DNA of 44,420 nucleotides, taken from positions 1 through 44,420 of IMG/VR virus record IMGVR_UViG_3300045988_035600; one strand, 5' to 3'. Position numbers and translations under genes: made by a program. Every line of letters starts with the position of its first letter. Within the stretch, counting starts at the first letter, position 1. Under the pieces are notes generated by a model that saw nothing but the letters and a program-made list of their open reading frames with translations, was not told the DNA's origin and searched no databases. Of this stretch, positions 1-8,254 are shown piece after piece. This DNA comes from a virus.

Positions 1-99
1 ATTTTTTTTTCAATTTCATCCACCGTTTTATACATGGGCGGTTTTCCCATTGGCATTCCCACATTCTCACCTCCAGACATAAAAACGCCCTAGCATAGC
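1..99. repeat. Terminal direct repeat, copy 1 (identical to 44322..44420). Circular-assembly overlap carrying a duplicate of the terS 5' end (1..80, minus strand).
   Basis: Read directly: attttttttttcaatttcatccaccg...ctagcatagc occurs at both ends of the window. Confidence 0.9.
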
Positions 100-169
100 T
101 ATAGTTATATACACTATAATACCATACTAGGGTTAACTACCTCTATACCACTTTTAGTTTTTATCAATT

Positions 170-466
170 TTATAATCTTCCGGTCAATTTTGCCAAGTGA
201 TAATATTCTGCCATGATCCTGCGCTTGTATCCATAGAAATCATTTTCAGATACTGGAATATCTCGGAATCGTTCCATTGTTCGGTATCCTATGCAGTTCA
301 CTATGCTGTCATAGATTTGTGATTCTATGCCGGGTGCATATTTGATAGATACCTGTAACAGATTGTATTTATCACTTTCACTAAGATTCCGCAAGTGGCT
401 TTGTAATGCCGGTATATCATCCGGCGGTACTCCGTAGTCAATCAGTGTTGCCTTTCTCAACTTCAT
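170..466 (-). CDS. Hypothetical protein, last ORF before terS across the circular junction
   Basis: 98-aa track ORF with SD gaagaggtgaaataaATG. No family recognised. Its position is typical of late-gene or packaging accessory proteins. Confidence 0.6.
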   Translation of the reverse strand: MKLRKATLIDYGVPPDDIPALQSHLRNLSESDKYNLLQVSIKYAPGIESQIYDSIVNCIGYRTMERFRDIPVSENDFYGYKRRIMAEYYHLAKLTGRL

Positions 467-485
467 TTATTTCACCTCTTCTTTC

Positions 486-644
486 TCAATCCATCTCCAC
501 CAGAGAACTATATACACCGTTTTTTCTGAAAAGTAAACCACATCTCTCTTTGTGGATTGAATCAAAATTTTCTCGTCCAATCTCCATTGCTCTTTTCCGT
601 GCCTGATCTAATGTTTTACACGGTTCTTGACACAGAAACCACAT
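486..644 (-). CDS. Hypothetical small protein (52 aa, hand-called)
   Basis: aagaggtgaaagaacATG followed by MWFLCQEPCKTLDQARKRAMEIGRENFDSIHKERCGLLFRKNGVYSSLVEMD. It fills the gap between flanking genes and is below the track length cutoff. Confidence 0.4.
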   Translation of the reverse strand: MWFLCQEPCKTLDQARKRAMEIGRENFDSIHKERCGLLFRKNGVYSSLVEMD

Positions 645-671
645 GTTCTTTCACCTCTTATCGCTTGCTTT

Positions 672-995
672 TTATCGCTCGTTTTTATCGCTTGTTTCTG
701 TAATTTCTCTCAGACAGGCATTCCAACCGGCAGCAAATAAGTTTTTTTGAGGTTCATGTTTTCTCTCCGGTGCAGTGTAAAGTTTTTTCTCCGGCAATGG
801 CTTCAATGGGCACCAGTCGGGCCTTGATTTACTTTCACAATCATAATGTTCTTCTGTTATCAGAATTTCATCGCAGCCTAAACAGTCAGCTAATTCACAC
901 AAACCCTCATATTCAAGATCGCTACAGTATTCAGTTCCAAATGGGCAATCATAACAATTTGTGGGTGTAGCTATCGCAAATACTGATTTATTCAT
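672..995 (-). CDS. Cys-rich hypothetical protein (11 Cys in 107 aa by hand count)
   Basis: Track ORF with SD gagggagtgaagtgaATG and motifs CYDCPFG...CELADCLGCDE...DWCPLKPLPEKK. Confidence 0.7.
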   Translation of the reverse strand: MNKSVFAIATPTNCYDCPFGTEYCSDLEYEGLCELADCLGCDEILITEEHYDCESKSRPDWCPLKPLPEKKLYTAPERKHEPQKNLFAAGWNACLREITETSDKNER

Positions 996-1230
996 TCACT
1001 TCACTCCCTCTCAGCATCAGGCTCAAGCTGTTATATCCTGGACAGATTCTGAATCCACTTCTGGTATCTCTTAATAATGCACAGTGTGGATACAATGCCA
1101 CGATTTCATAGTTGTGTTCCGTGACATCCTCGCCGCGCTGGTCTATGTATTTGAAGCATTTTCCCTGTCTGAGAAAATATCTTGCACATACATATGCTTT
1201 TGTTCCAAATCTTGCGCTTGCACTACTCAT
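988..1230 (-). CDS. Hypothetical protein
   Basis: 80-aa track ORF with SD caggaggaacacaaATG. The ATG overlaps the TGA of the extended YopX frame (ATGA). Confidence 0.65.
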   Translation of the reverse strand: MSSASARFGTKAYVCARYFLRQGKCFKYIDQRGEDVTEHNYEIVALYPHCALLRDTRSGFRICPGYNSLSLMLRGSEVNE

Positions 1231-1639
1231 TTGTGTTCCTCCTGTAATAATTCTTTATTGTCGAAAATATTTCCAACTACTTCAAAATGTTCCAGATCAA
1301 ACTTATCAAGATATTCTCTATCCGTGCTGCCAGTTTCGTGTCCTACTCATCCGGCAACACTCCATTCAACAGTTTCATATGTCGCATCTTCTGGGTAGGA
1401 TTCGTCCAAGTGTGCCATCAGAATATCATTCTCCCAAATTTTCTTCCCGTTCTTGTCGCAAAGTCCTGTGAACTGGCAGAGGATTTCTGGATTAATAGGT
1501 GGTGCGTATAAAACGCCTGATTCAACTGGTTGCATTCGATATTCAAATAAGTTTGACCGTGAATGATCTATTACCAAACACCCCCCCCAACCCATTCTCC
1601 ATCATCAATCCGCTTTGCCTTGAAAAGAATTTCTCTCAT
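1227..1639 (-). pseudogene. YopX-family gene, interrupted by a frameshift in a G8 tract (1581-1588) and an in-frame TGA (1347-1349)
   Basis: ATG 1639 gives MREILFKAKRIDDGEWVGG and then stops. The track ORF 1347..1595 frame carries ...CQFTGLCDKNGKKIWENDIL... The same frame reads through the TGA for 39 more codons to ...FEVVGNIFDNKELLQEEHK*. Both gene ends are ATGA-coupled to their neighbours. Confidence 0.75.
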
Positions 1640-1893
1640 TCAACTCCACCGCCTTCCACGATCTCAATTGCTCTGTTCAGTCCAGCATTGTATCCTTGAT
1701 GTACATCAGATAAGATACATTCGGATTCGATGAATTTATCTCTTTTCAATTCGCCAATAACCTTATCCACATCAAATGCCGTTGGCTGTTCATCAACAGC
1801 TTCATATATAATTTCTGGACTAAATGTTTCTCTCCCTGTATTTAAAGAGCTATTAATTGCTTCTTTCAGTTTATCTGCATTAATCAACCTCAT
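1636..1893 (-). CDS. Hypothetical protein (85 aa from the internal start MRLINADKL)
   Basis: SD gaggagtgtgaagattATG. The longer track ORF start has no SD. Confidence 0.6.
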   Translation of the reverse strand: MRLINADKLKEAINSSLNTGRETFSPEIIYEAVDEQPTAFDVDKVIGELKRDKFIESECILSDVHQGYNAGLNRAIEIVEGGGVE

Positions 1894-2023
1894 AATCTTC
1901 ACACTCCTCCGCATATTCATAACCGTCCATATCATCACATCTGCACTGACAAGAATCCTGTTTAGTACAGCAGATGCAGCACTCTGTTTCACCGTCCGGG
2001 CAGTCTAATTTACAATATCCCAT
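1880..2023 (-). CDS. Cys-rich acidic miniprotein (47 aa, 9 Cys)
   Basis: SD gagggagactggattaATG, then MGYCKLDCPDGETECCICCTKQDSCQCRCDDMDGYEYAEECEDYEVD. Confidence 0.5.
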   Translation of the reverse strand: MGYCKLDCPDGETECCICCTKQDSCQCRCDDMDGYEYAEECEDYEVD

Positions 2024-2195
2024 TAATCCAGTCTCCCTCTTTCTCAAAGTAAATGTATCTACTGTTTTTCTTGACCGGCTTTGATGTATCAATGCCATAC
2101 TTTGTCAGCAGACCTTTCCAAGATTTAAACTCTTTTAGCGTGACCTTGAATCTGGTGTAGGTCTTCCCGTCCTTTTTGAAAATTGACATTTCCAT
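2010..2195 (-). CDS. Hypothetical protein
   Basis: 61-aa track ORF with strong SD gaggagggctgaacATG. Confidence 0.65.
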   Translation of the reverse strand: MEMSIFKKDGKTYTRFKVTLKEFKSWKGLLTKYGIDTSKPVKKNSRYIYFEKEGDWINGIL

Positions 2196-2197
2196 GT

Positions 2198-2592
2198 TCA
2201 GCCCTCCTCATATGGTTTTGGATAGTCCATCCATGCAACTACTGTTCCGCCTAAAACTTTTTTATCCGTTCTCCAAATTCCATCAGTAGTATGCGCCTGT
2301 TCTACCAATACTGTTCCATCGTCAAATACAACTGTAGCAATCACATATTTAGATGTTTTTTCGAACATTCCTTTTTCCAGTTACCCGTTCCTTTAAACTT
2401 TACAAATATGGAATCGTGTTCTTCCGGCAGTCTCTCACTGACTGGAATCCATCCATTTTCTTTCTCGTCATCTATATTTTCGATGAAATCCATGATTTTA
2501 AGCCCGAGCTCATATGTAGTTCCCTCGAAAGGTCTTCCGTAAGGATTTATTGTCCTTTTTATGTAATCATATATTTTACGTTTATCACTCAT
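2198..2592 (-). pseudogene. DUF551-like gene split into two frames (2341..2592 and 2198..2368) at A-runs
   Basis: Part 1 ends ...GWIPVSERLPEEHDSIFVKFKGTGNWKKECSKKHLNM*. The -1 frame continues ...TSKYVIATVVFDDGTVLVEQAHTTDGIWRTDKKVLGGTVVAWMDYPKPYEEG*. Together these look like one DUF551-type domain (WIPV..LPE ... AWM.YP.PY). One extra A in the A6 run (2356-2361) would fuse them. Confidence 0.6.
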
Positions 2593-2807
2593 GCTTCCAC
2601 CTCTACAAAATACTTTTCTAAAGTTTCTTTTGATATTTCAATCCATCTGTTAACATTTACTCCGTCAAGATGAATTTCTCCATCAATAATTTTTTCATCT
2701 CCAACTTCATAAACTTCACCTATCTTAATTTCCATGTACCCATCAACGTAAAATCCATCATCATCGTATGTATCTAACGTGAATGCTTTCACGCATTTAT
2801 ACTTCAT
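2589..2807 (-). CDS. Hypothetical protein
   Basis: 72-aa track ORF with SD gaggaggtggaaggATG. 4-nt overlaps with both neighbours. Confidence 0.7.
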   Translation of the reverse strand: MKYKCVKAFTLDTYDDDGFYVDGYMEIKIGEVYEVGDEKIIDGEIHLDGVNVNRWIEISKETLEKYFVEVEA

Positions 2808-3097
2808 CCTTCCACCTCCTCATAAGTTTCACTGAATATATCTGGCTTACACGGATAAAATTCACCGTGTACACCGCGGATGATGTAATCACCAATGTTT
2901 TCAAGATGTTCGCCCTCAAGTGTCTTAATGACCAGACCTCCTGGAACCTTCCAATGGTCAATATAGAAATTCTTACCTTCTGCCGACATGTACTGGTCTG
3001 TGCATTGATAGTCCGTCAGGAAATCGAACATTTCTCGATGGTTTGTACCAGTCCACTGTACTGTATCAATTACAACTGGCTTCTTTCTGTACTTCAT
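2804..3097 (-). CDS. Conserved phage hypothetical protein (MKYRKKPVVI...GDYIIRGVHGEFYPCKPDIF type)
   Basis: 97-aa track ORF with SD gaggtggttgtATG. I recall this motif pattern from many phage early regions. Function unknown. Confidence 0.7.
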   Translation of the reverse strand: MKYRKKPVVIDTVQWTGTNHREMFDFLTDYQCTDQYMSAEGKNFYIDHWKVPGGLVIKTLEGEHLENIGDYIIRGVHGEFYPCKPDIFSETYEEVEG

Positions 3098-3456
3098 ACA
3101 ACCACCTCACTATCATCTGGCATCTGAAACAGGATTGATTTTCTTATCTCATTTCCATAGCCTTTTAATACAGCAATTCCATGCGCCACACTTTCTTTTG
3201 TATCATAGCTTCCTGTGTATGCTGATCCTGCCAACCCACTGCCAATAATTTCACCGGATTTGTAATCCATGTAAGCTTCCTGAATCATATCCAGTACTTT
3301 CATGGCTTTTGCTTTATCCGAATATTCTCCTAGCAGATAACTGCATCCGGTTATGTATGATGTTATAATTGTTTTTATAGGTCCTTCCGCAATTTCAGTG
3401 CCTGCCATAGAATTGAGATTAATCAATACTTCTCTATTCTGACTTCTGATTAACAT
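3094..3456 (-). CDS. Hypothetical protein
   Basis: 120-aa track ORF with SD gaggaggacgcgaaATG. Confidence 0.7.
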   Translation of the reverse strand: MLIRSQNREVLINLNSMAGTEIAEGPIKTIITSYITGCSYLLGEYSDKAKAMKVLDMIQEAYMDYKSGEIIGSGLAGSAYTGSYDTKESVAHGIAVLKGYGNEIRKSILFQMPDDSEVVV

Positions 3457-3656
3457 TTCGCGTCCTCCTCGTTGTTCGCTCTTTTATTCCATGCTTCTAT
3501 TGCATATTCGGGATTGTTATAATGTCCTGTACCGCAAAGACAGTTACCGCATCTTACAAGATACTGAGCATTACCTAAATATCCCATTTCATCATCGGTA
3601 AAAATTTGCGCCTCTTCTCCACAAAACGGGCACGGCTTTAACTGTTCCATTTTCAT
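3450..3656 (-). CDS. Lar-family (restriction alleviation)-like zinc-ribbon protein
   Basis: CPFCG...(x)...RCGNCLCGT...EYAIEAWNKR matches the Lar-family pattern as I recall it. The start was chosen at MKMEQL after gtgagg. The track start at 3686 is also possible. Confidence 0.6.
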   Translation of the reverse strand: MKMEQLKPCPFCGEEAQIFTDDEMGYLGNAQYLVRCGNCLCGTGHYNNPEYAIEAWNKRANNEEDAKC

Positions 3657-3734
3657 CCTCACTTTCCCCATGTAAGCAACTGACACGCTATTGTGCAGTC
3701 CTCCATGATTTCCTATCCAAATGCTACCTGTCCG

Positions 3735-4133
3735 TTATTCTGCATGTCTTTTTATTTCTCCTGAAAAGCTTAATTCAATTCCCAGTTCTTCCTTGATAGC
3801 CTGCACATAATCAATCCATTCAGCCAAGCCCTGGTCGATATAGTCCGAAGCTTTGTCCATGCCTGCCATGAACTTCTGGCATCTTTTCTGACCGAATCCA
3901 AATTCATCATGCAGGACAGCTATTGCCATGATCACGCAGCATTCAGATACAATCTGTTTGATCTTCTCAGATGCTTTGTCCAGGTCCTTTCTTGCCAGGG
4001 AAGTATGTATTCCTGTTACTCCCCTGAATCTGCATTCCTTTTCGAGGGCTTCAAGACCGCCCTCTCTGGTGATTCGTCTAGCAAGGTCAAGACCATCTTC
4101 CCTGCCGCGTTCATATTCACGCATTTTGTTCAT
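3735..4133 (-). CDS. Hypothetical protein
   Basis: 132-aa track ORF with SD gaaaggtgaagaaATG. Confidence 0.7.
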   Translation of the reverse strand: MNKMREYERGREDGLDLARRITREGGLEALEKECRFRGVTGIHTSLARKDLDKASEKIKQIVSECCVIMAIAVLHDEFGFGQKRCQKFMAGMDKASDYIDQGLAEWIDYVQAIKEELGIELSFSGEIKRHAE

Positions 4134-4387
4134 TTCTTCACCTTTCCGAACCCGTATCCTGTCGGAGCATAGGCTCTATCAGTACTCGGGTGTGCTGTTT
4201 TAAGCAACCCATCATCAATAAGCTGGTTTAAATGTCTCCAGATGGTAGCTCTGCTTGCGTCTACTTTCTCGCAGATCTCGCTGACCGATGGTGCATATCC
4301 AACAAGTTTAAAGTAGCTTACTACATACATATAGATTTCTTTTCTAAGAGCCTGTCCCTGCTCGTATTTATTCTTAGTGTTGTACAT
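4130..4387 (-). CDS. Winged-helix DNA-binding protein (LexA-N/MarR-like wHTH)
   Basis: GYAPSVSEICEKVDASRATIWRHLNQLIDDGLL resembles wHTH recognition modules. 85-aa track ORF. Confidence 0.6.
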   Translation of the reverse strand: MYNTKNKYEQGQALRKEIYMYVVSYFKLVGYAPSVSEICEKVDASRATIWRHLNQLIDDGLLKTAHPSTDRAYAPTGYGFGKVKK

Positions 4388-4613
4388 TCTTTCTCAACTC
4401 CCTTTGTTTAGAATCAATAAATTTGCAAAATGCTAAAACAAATTCTTTTGCTAATGGATCTGAATATATTTCTATCAATTCCATACAGCGGTCATAAGCT
4501 GCTTTTGAATATTCATCTGTGAGTTCAACCAGGTAAAACTCTTTTATTAATTCCCATAATTTAGGCATAAACATTGCCATCATTGGAATATCATCTTTTC
4601 TTACGCTTGCCAT
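4374..4613 (-). CDS. Hypothetical protein
   Basis: 79-aa track ORF, first gene downstream of the iteron region. Confidence 0.65.
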   Translation of the reverse strand: MASVRKDDIPMMAMFMPKLWELIKEFYLVELTDEYSKAAYDRCMELIEIYSDPLAKEFVLAFCKFIDSKQRELRKNVQH

Positions 4614-4630
4614 TTCTTCCCCCTTGAATG

Positions 4631-4806
4631 TGTAACGTGTAACATAAGTATTTAATTTTTCCTATAATTACCTTTTTATATAATTATTAAAATATACTTT
4701 ATAGTAAAATATTAGTTACATTAGTTACACTAAGTAAAAAATACAGTATTTATAAGGGTTTGAGGTGTATCTTGGGGTGTAACTAAATGTAACTAAGTGT
4801 AACTAG
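4631..4806. repeat. Iteron array with an AT-rich spacer; candidate replication origin
   Basis: Three tandem 10-mers RTGTAACTAR at 4777-4806. Two inverted tandem TTAGTTACA at 4712-4729. TGTAAC and GTGTAAC at 4631-4643. An AT-rich tract lies between them. The array is in the 195-bp non-coding gap abutting the primase stop. Confidence 0.6.
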
Positions 4807-4808
4807 TT

Positions 4809-6908
4809 CTAGTCAAATGGTATCTCACACTCACACATTTTTTCAAATTCGCTTAATTTTCTGACTTTTTGGTAGCATATCTGCGGACCATACTTTCCAC
4901 ATCTCACCCGTTTCCCACCATTTTCCCTTTCCCATCCGTCAATGCAGTTCTGCATGATGGAGTGAATTTCGTTGGACTCGAACCTTGTGGGCTTGCGGCC
5001 CTCGTTACCCAGCGCCTGTTCATATAGCATTGCGACGCAAACGCGAGGTTCCGCTGTATGGTCTAGCCATTCTTGAATAATTCCAACTCTCACGTCCTCC
5101 TCCATAAATTCCTCCTGTTTATCCTCTATATATCTCTGTAAATTCTTCGGAAGAATTAACTTAGGTGCTCTATTGGCCCTTTCAAAAAGCTCCATGGCTT
5201 CTCCCCAAGCGTTTGTAAAGTCTGACGCTACGGCTTGTGGATCATCAAACATGGATTTCAGGACGTGTTCTTTTCTCGTGACTATCGGAAGGAATCGTCT
5301 ATTGCCTGTTCTATCAGTCAGGAAACGGTCATTGTTGGTTGTTCCGGCAAATACACACACTCTTGGTCTCTGCTCTGTTCTGCGCCCATATGGAGGCCTG
5401 TACGTGTCCACTGTGGATGTTAAAAATGCTTTGATGCTCTCAACTTCTTTTGCTTTTTTAGTAGCCAGCAGTTCTGCCAGTTCCACCATCCACATACCGC
5501 GCAGCTTTTCCGGGGCTTTGTCGCCCTCGACTGTATTGAAGTTGTCGTTATACCATGCGTTATTGAGTGATAAAAGTCTCAGGAAGGTAGATTTTCCAAT
5601 TCCCTGTGAGCCGTATAATACTGGCATGTAGTCAAACTTACATCCCGGATGGAATGCCCTGCTGATTGCACCTAACATAAACAGTTTCATACATTCCCTG
5701 GAATACTCTGTGTCTTCTACTCCCAGATATTCTGGAAGCAATTTGATGATATATCCCGTCTTTTTATTCCACTTATTCTTATGAATGTCAGTAAGCATAT
5801 CAACAACAGGGTTGAATCTGTTTCTATTCGCCACAATATTAAGTGCTTCCATGATCTTCTCCAGACTCTTTAGCCCATATTTTGATTCAATGTACGACTT
5901 CAAATTGCTGTCATCACTGTTACTCCATTCCCTATACATGTTTACATGCTCCCACGGGAGACTTCCGCAAACAAAGGGCGCGTATGATAGCTCGTTATAT
6001 TTGATATGTCCATACAAATCAGGGTCGTACTCAATGGCTTCACACATGTTCTTAATGCTCTGAATCATTACTCCTTTTTCTGTAAAATCAAACTCCGGCT
6101 CCCTCCACCCTTGCGTTGCAACCCCCTCTGAGTCAATGTGAATGGGTTTTCCTTTATCATATCTAGTCGCACTTGATACAATGACTTTGACTTCCTGTTC
6201 AGTTAATGGAGGCGAGCAGGAACTTTCATTCTCAGCCATGGTAGCGGCAAACACTGATTGATCTGATGCTCCCTTCGCCTGCATCATACACGCAAAACGA
6301 AAAAGCATCTGATTTCTTTGTCCTGCTGCCACGATATTTGGCATAGTAAAAGCCGTACCATGCTTCTGATCGTCATGGTTCAAGAAGTATTCTACATTGT
6401 TATCGGCCTTTGCAATTTCAAATTCATCCGGTGAATATTCCCATTCATACCGATTGCCATTCTTATGTATTGATGGAGGAGCTACTACATACCCGCCATT
6501 TCCACGAATATCTACACCATCAATAATTCCAGCTCGGTTCTTTATTTTGCCATTTCCACGATAGTACAAATGGTATCCGCCACGCCCCGTTATAGCCGTC
6601 CATGTTTCTGGGAAATCCCCGTGTTCACGCTGCCAATCTTCAAGTGAATGGTACCCATCTATTCCGCGATCTTCATCAATGTCTAAATCAATCACAAACA
6701 CATTCTGGCTAACCGAGCCAGTCGCAAGGCCTATGTTTGCATTTGGGTATTTCTGCCACCAAGCTTTTATCTGGGCCGCATCCGTAGTTGCATCCTTGCA
6801 TCCATTCCTGGTAAGTGGAACTTTATCGCGATATTTTAACGGGAAGACAGCAAATCCTTTTTTGGCATATTCGATAGCCGCATCATACATACTCGGATAT
6901 TCACTCAT
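4809..6908 (-). CDS. Bifunctional primase-polymerase (prim-pol) / PriCT / VirE-type P-loop NTPase replication protein
   Basis: N-terminus AKKGFAVFPL...VFVIDLDID is prim-pol-like. GQRNQMLFRFACMMQAKG is PriCT-like. Walker A is YGSQGIGKST. The start was moved to the ATG after aggtga (track start 6917 is a GTG). Confidence 0.85.
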   Translation of the reverse strand: MSEYPSMYDAAIEYAKKGFAVFPLKYRDKVPLTRNGCKDATTDAAQIKAWWQKYPNANIGLATGSVSQNVFVIDLDIDEDRGIDGYHSLEDWQREHGDFPETWTAITGRGGYHLYYRGNGKIKNRAGIIDGVDIRGNGGYVVAPPSIHKNGNRYEWEYSPDEFEIAKADNNVEYFLNHDDQKHGTAFTMPNIVAAGQRNQMLFRFACMMQAKGASDQSVFAATMAENESSCSPPLTEQEVKVIVSSATRYDKGKPIHIDSEGVATQGWREPEFDFTEKGVMIQSIKNMCEAIEYDPDLYGHIKYNELSYAPFVCGSLPWEHVNMYREWSNSDDSNLKSYIESKYGLKSLEKIMEALNIVANRNRFNPVVDMLTDIHKNKWNKKTGYIIKLLPEYLGVEDTEYSRECMKLFMLGAISRAFHPGCKFDYMPVLYGSQGIGKSTFLRLLSLNNAWYNDNFNTVEGDKAPEKLRGMWMVELAELLATKKAKEVESIKAFLTSTVDTYRPPYGRRTEQRPRVCVFAGTTNNDRFLTDRTGNRRFLPIVTRKEHVLKSMFDDPQAVASDFTNAWGEAMELFERANRAPKLILPKNLQRYIEDKQEEFMEEDVRVGIIQEWLDHTAEPRVCVAMLYEQALGNEGRKPTRFESNEIHSIMQNCIDGWERENGGKRVRCGKYGPQICYQKVRKLSEFEKMCECEIPFD

Positions 6909-6913
6909 TGCTA

Positions 6914-7477
6914 TCACCTGTGAGTTGAATCGAATTTACAACCATCAAACTCACCCCTTTCAAGTCTTTCTTTTAAATCTCTGTATAAAATTTCTTTTAT
7001 CAGTCTTCCAGATGTTTCCTCTTTGCAAAAAACCACATTCATGTTGTATCGGACCATCCATGCAACACTGGAAGCTAAAAACGCATTGGAGTTGAATTTG
7101 CTTCGATATTTACCGTTCAAAAGGTTTTCCCAGCTCGAATTTTCACAGATGAGGTAAATCCTACACTGCTGATCTAATGCCCGTTCAAACTCTCTTTTGA
7201 ATCTCTCACGCCCCCTGGTAAAACATGCAGCTAACTCATCTAAATTCATTTTCCGTTCCACCACGCAGAATGGTTTAATAGTTTCACATGTGTCAAAAAG
7301 TGAACTACCATCTGGCAACACTGCATTATAGGTATAATCACCATAATCCAATGTTGCTCGACTATATGGAGCGGAAAAGGATTTATACCGTTTCTCCGCT
7401 CGTTCGGTCGCTTGTTCCCTGGAATCAACAAGAATCTGGAAAGACTTTAAGACTTCTTTTTGATCGAAAATATCCAT
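6914..7477 (-). CDS. ERCC4/XPF-Mus81-type nuclease (putative structure-specific resolvase)
   Basis: VDSREQ ... GDYTY ... VVERKMNLDEL matches the GDxn-ERKxxxD ERCC4 signature. Confidence 0.7.
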   Translation of the reverse strand: MDIFDQKEVLKSFQILVDSREQATERAEKRYKSFSAPYSRATLDYGDYTYNAVLPDGSSLFDTCETIKPFCVVERKMNLDELAACFTRGRERFKREFERALDQQCRIYLICENSSWENLLNGKYRSKFNSNAFLASSVAWMVRYNMNVVFCKEETSGRLIKEILYRDLKERLERGEFDGCKFDSTHR

Positions 7478-8067
7478 TAGTTGAATGGCATCTCCTCATC
7501 TGCACCGTCTGGAACACTCATGAAATCATCTGAATTAGTGCGTGAAGAATTATTACTGTTCAAAACTCTGTCTTTTGGGAGTTTGTAATCACCGGAGCGA
7601 ATTTTATCGACTTTACAGAAGGATGCCAGATTGGTAGCTCTTCCAATGCTTCCGTCATTCTTTTCATATTCTCTTTCATTAAAAAGACCGCCGGCAATCT
7701 TACCTTTGAATTTCTGCTCATCCCAGTCAAAGTGGTATCCCGGATTGGATTCTTCAAGAGCTTCTGTAAATGTTTTAAAGCGTCTCTTTGTCCAGTTATC
7801 TTTCTCTGATCCGTCATCATTCGGAATATTCAGAAGATAATTGCAGTGCCATTTCTTATCCTCGCTCTGCTGGGCTTTATATTCTTTTGTATAGAAGCCC
7901 GCATATTCGCCTTCTGCAATATCGCAACTGATTTTTACATACTGACCTACACTGTTATTGCAAACTTCGGCTCCAAGAATCTTTACAATATAACCACCTT
8001 TTGGAAGCACTTCGTAATCTCCGTAAGCCTGTGTTTTTTCGTAATCTCCAAATCTTTTAATTGCCAT
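7477..8067 (-). CDS. DUF669-family SSB-like protein (Sak4-associated)
   Basis: YEVLPKGGYIVKILGAEV...IAEGEYAGFY pattern, acidic C-terminal tip DGADEEMPFN, and position next to the AAA_24 ATPase. Confidence 0.65.
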   Translation of the reverse strand: MAIKRFGDYEKTQAYGDYEVLPKGGYIVKILGAEVCNNSVGQYVKISCDIAEGEYAGFYTKEYKAQQSEDKKWHCNYLLNIPNDDGSEKDNWTKRRFKTFTEALEESNPGYHFDWDEQKFKGKIAGGLFNEREYEKNDGSIGRATNLASFCKVDKIRSGDYKLPKDRVLNSNNSSRTNSDDFMSVPDGADEEMPFN

Positions 8068-8254
8068 GTTTTTTATCTCCTTTTAAATATTTGTTATAGT
8101 CATAGCACATAGAAACGGCTTCTTCTTTGCTCGCACATTTCCTGTACTCACGAATTGCTTTATCACGGTATAATTGACGGATATAATGCGATTCGCATCT
8201 TATCCGATAGGCGTACCGGCCTATTAAAAATACATACCAGTTTTGTTCTCTCAT
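8057..8254 (-). CDS. Hypothetical protein
   Basis: SD gaaggagttttgATG. TGATG overlap with the upstream stop. Confidence 0.6.
   Translation of the reverse strand: MREQNWYVFLIGRYAYRIRCESHYIRQLYRDKAIREYRKCASKEEAVSMCYDYNKYLKGDKKHGN

Noticed and set aside
81-169. Partial palindromes upstream of terS (CCCTAG...CTAGGG at 89-133; TATAGT-7 nt-ACTATA at 109-127), considered as a late promoter, activator site or pac signal.
   Set aside because: The arms are short, imperfect and AT-rich, so they are expected by chance in such sequence. There is no supporting repeat elsewhere. pac sites usually lie within terS.
1300-1349. Selenocysteine insertion at the in-frame TGA of the YopX-like gene.
   Set aside because: I could not fold a convincing SECIS-like hairpin in the 40 nt downstream of the TGA, and no selenoprotein context is apparent. 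Read-through or pseudogenisation seems more likely.
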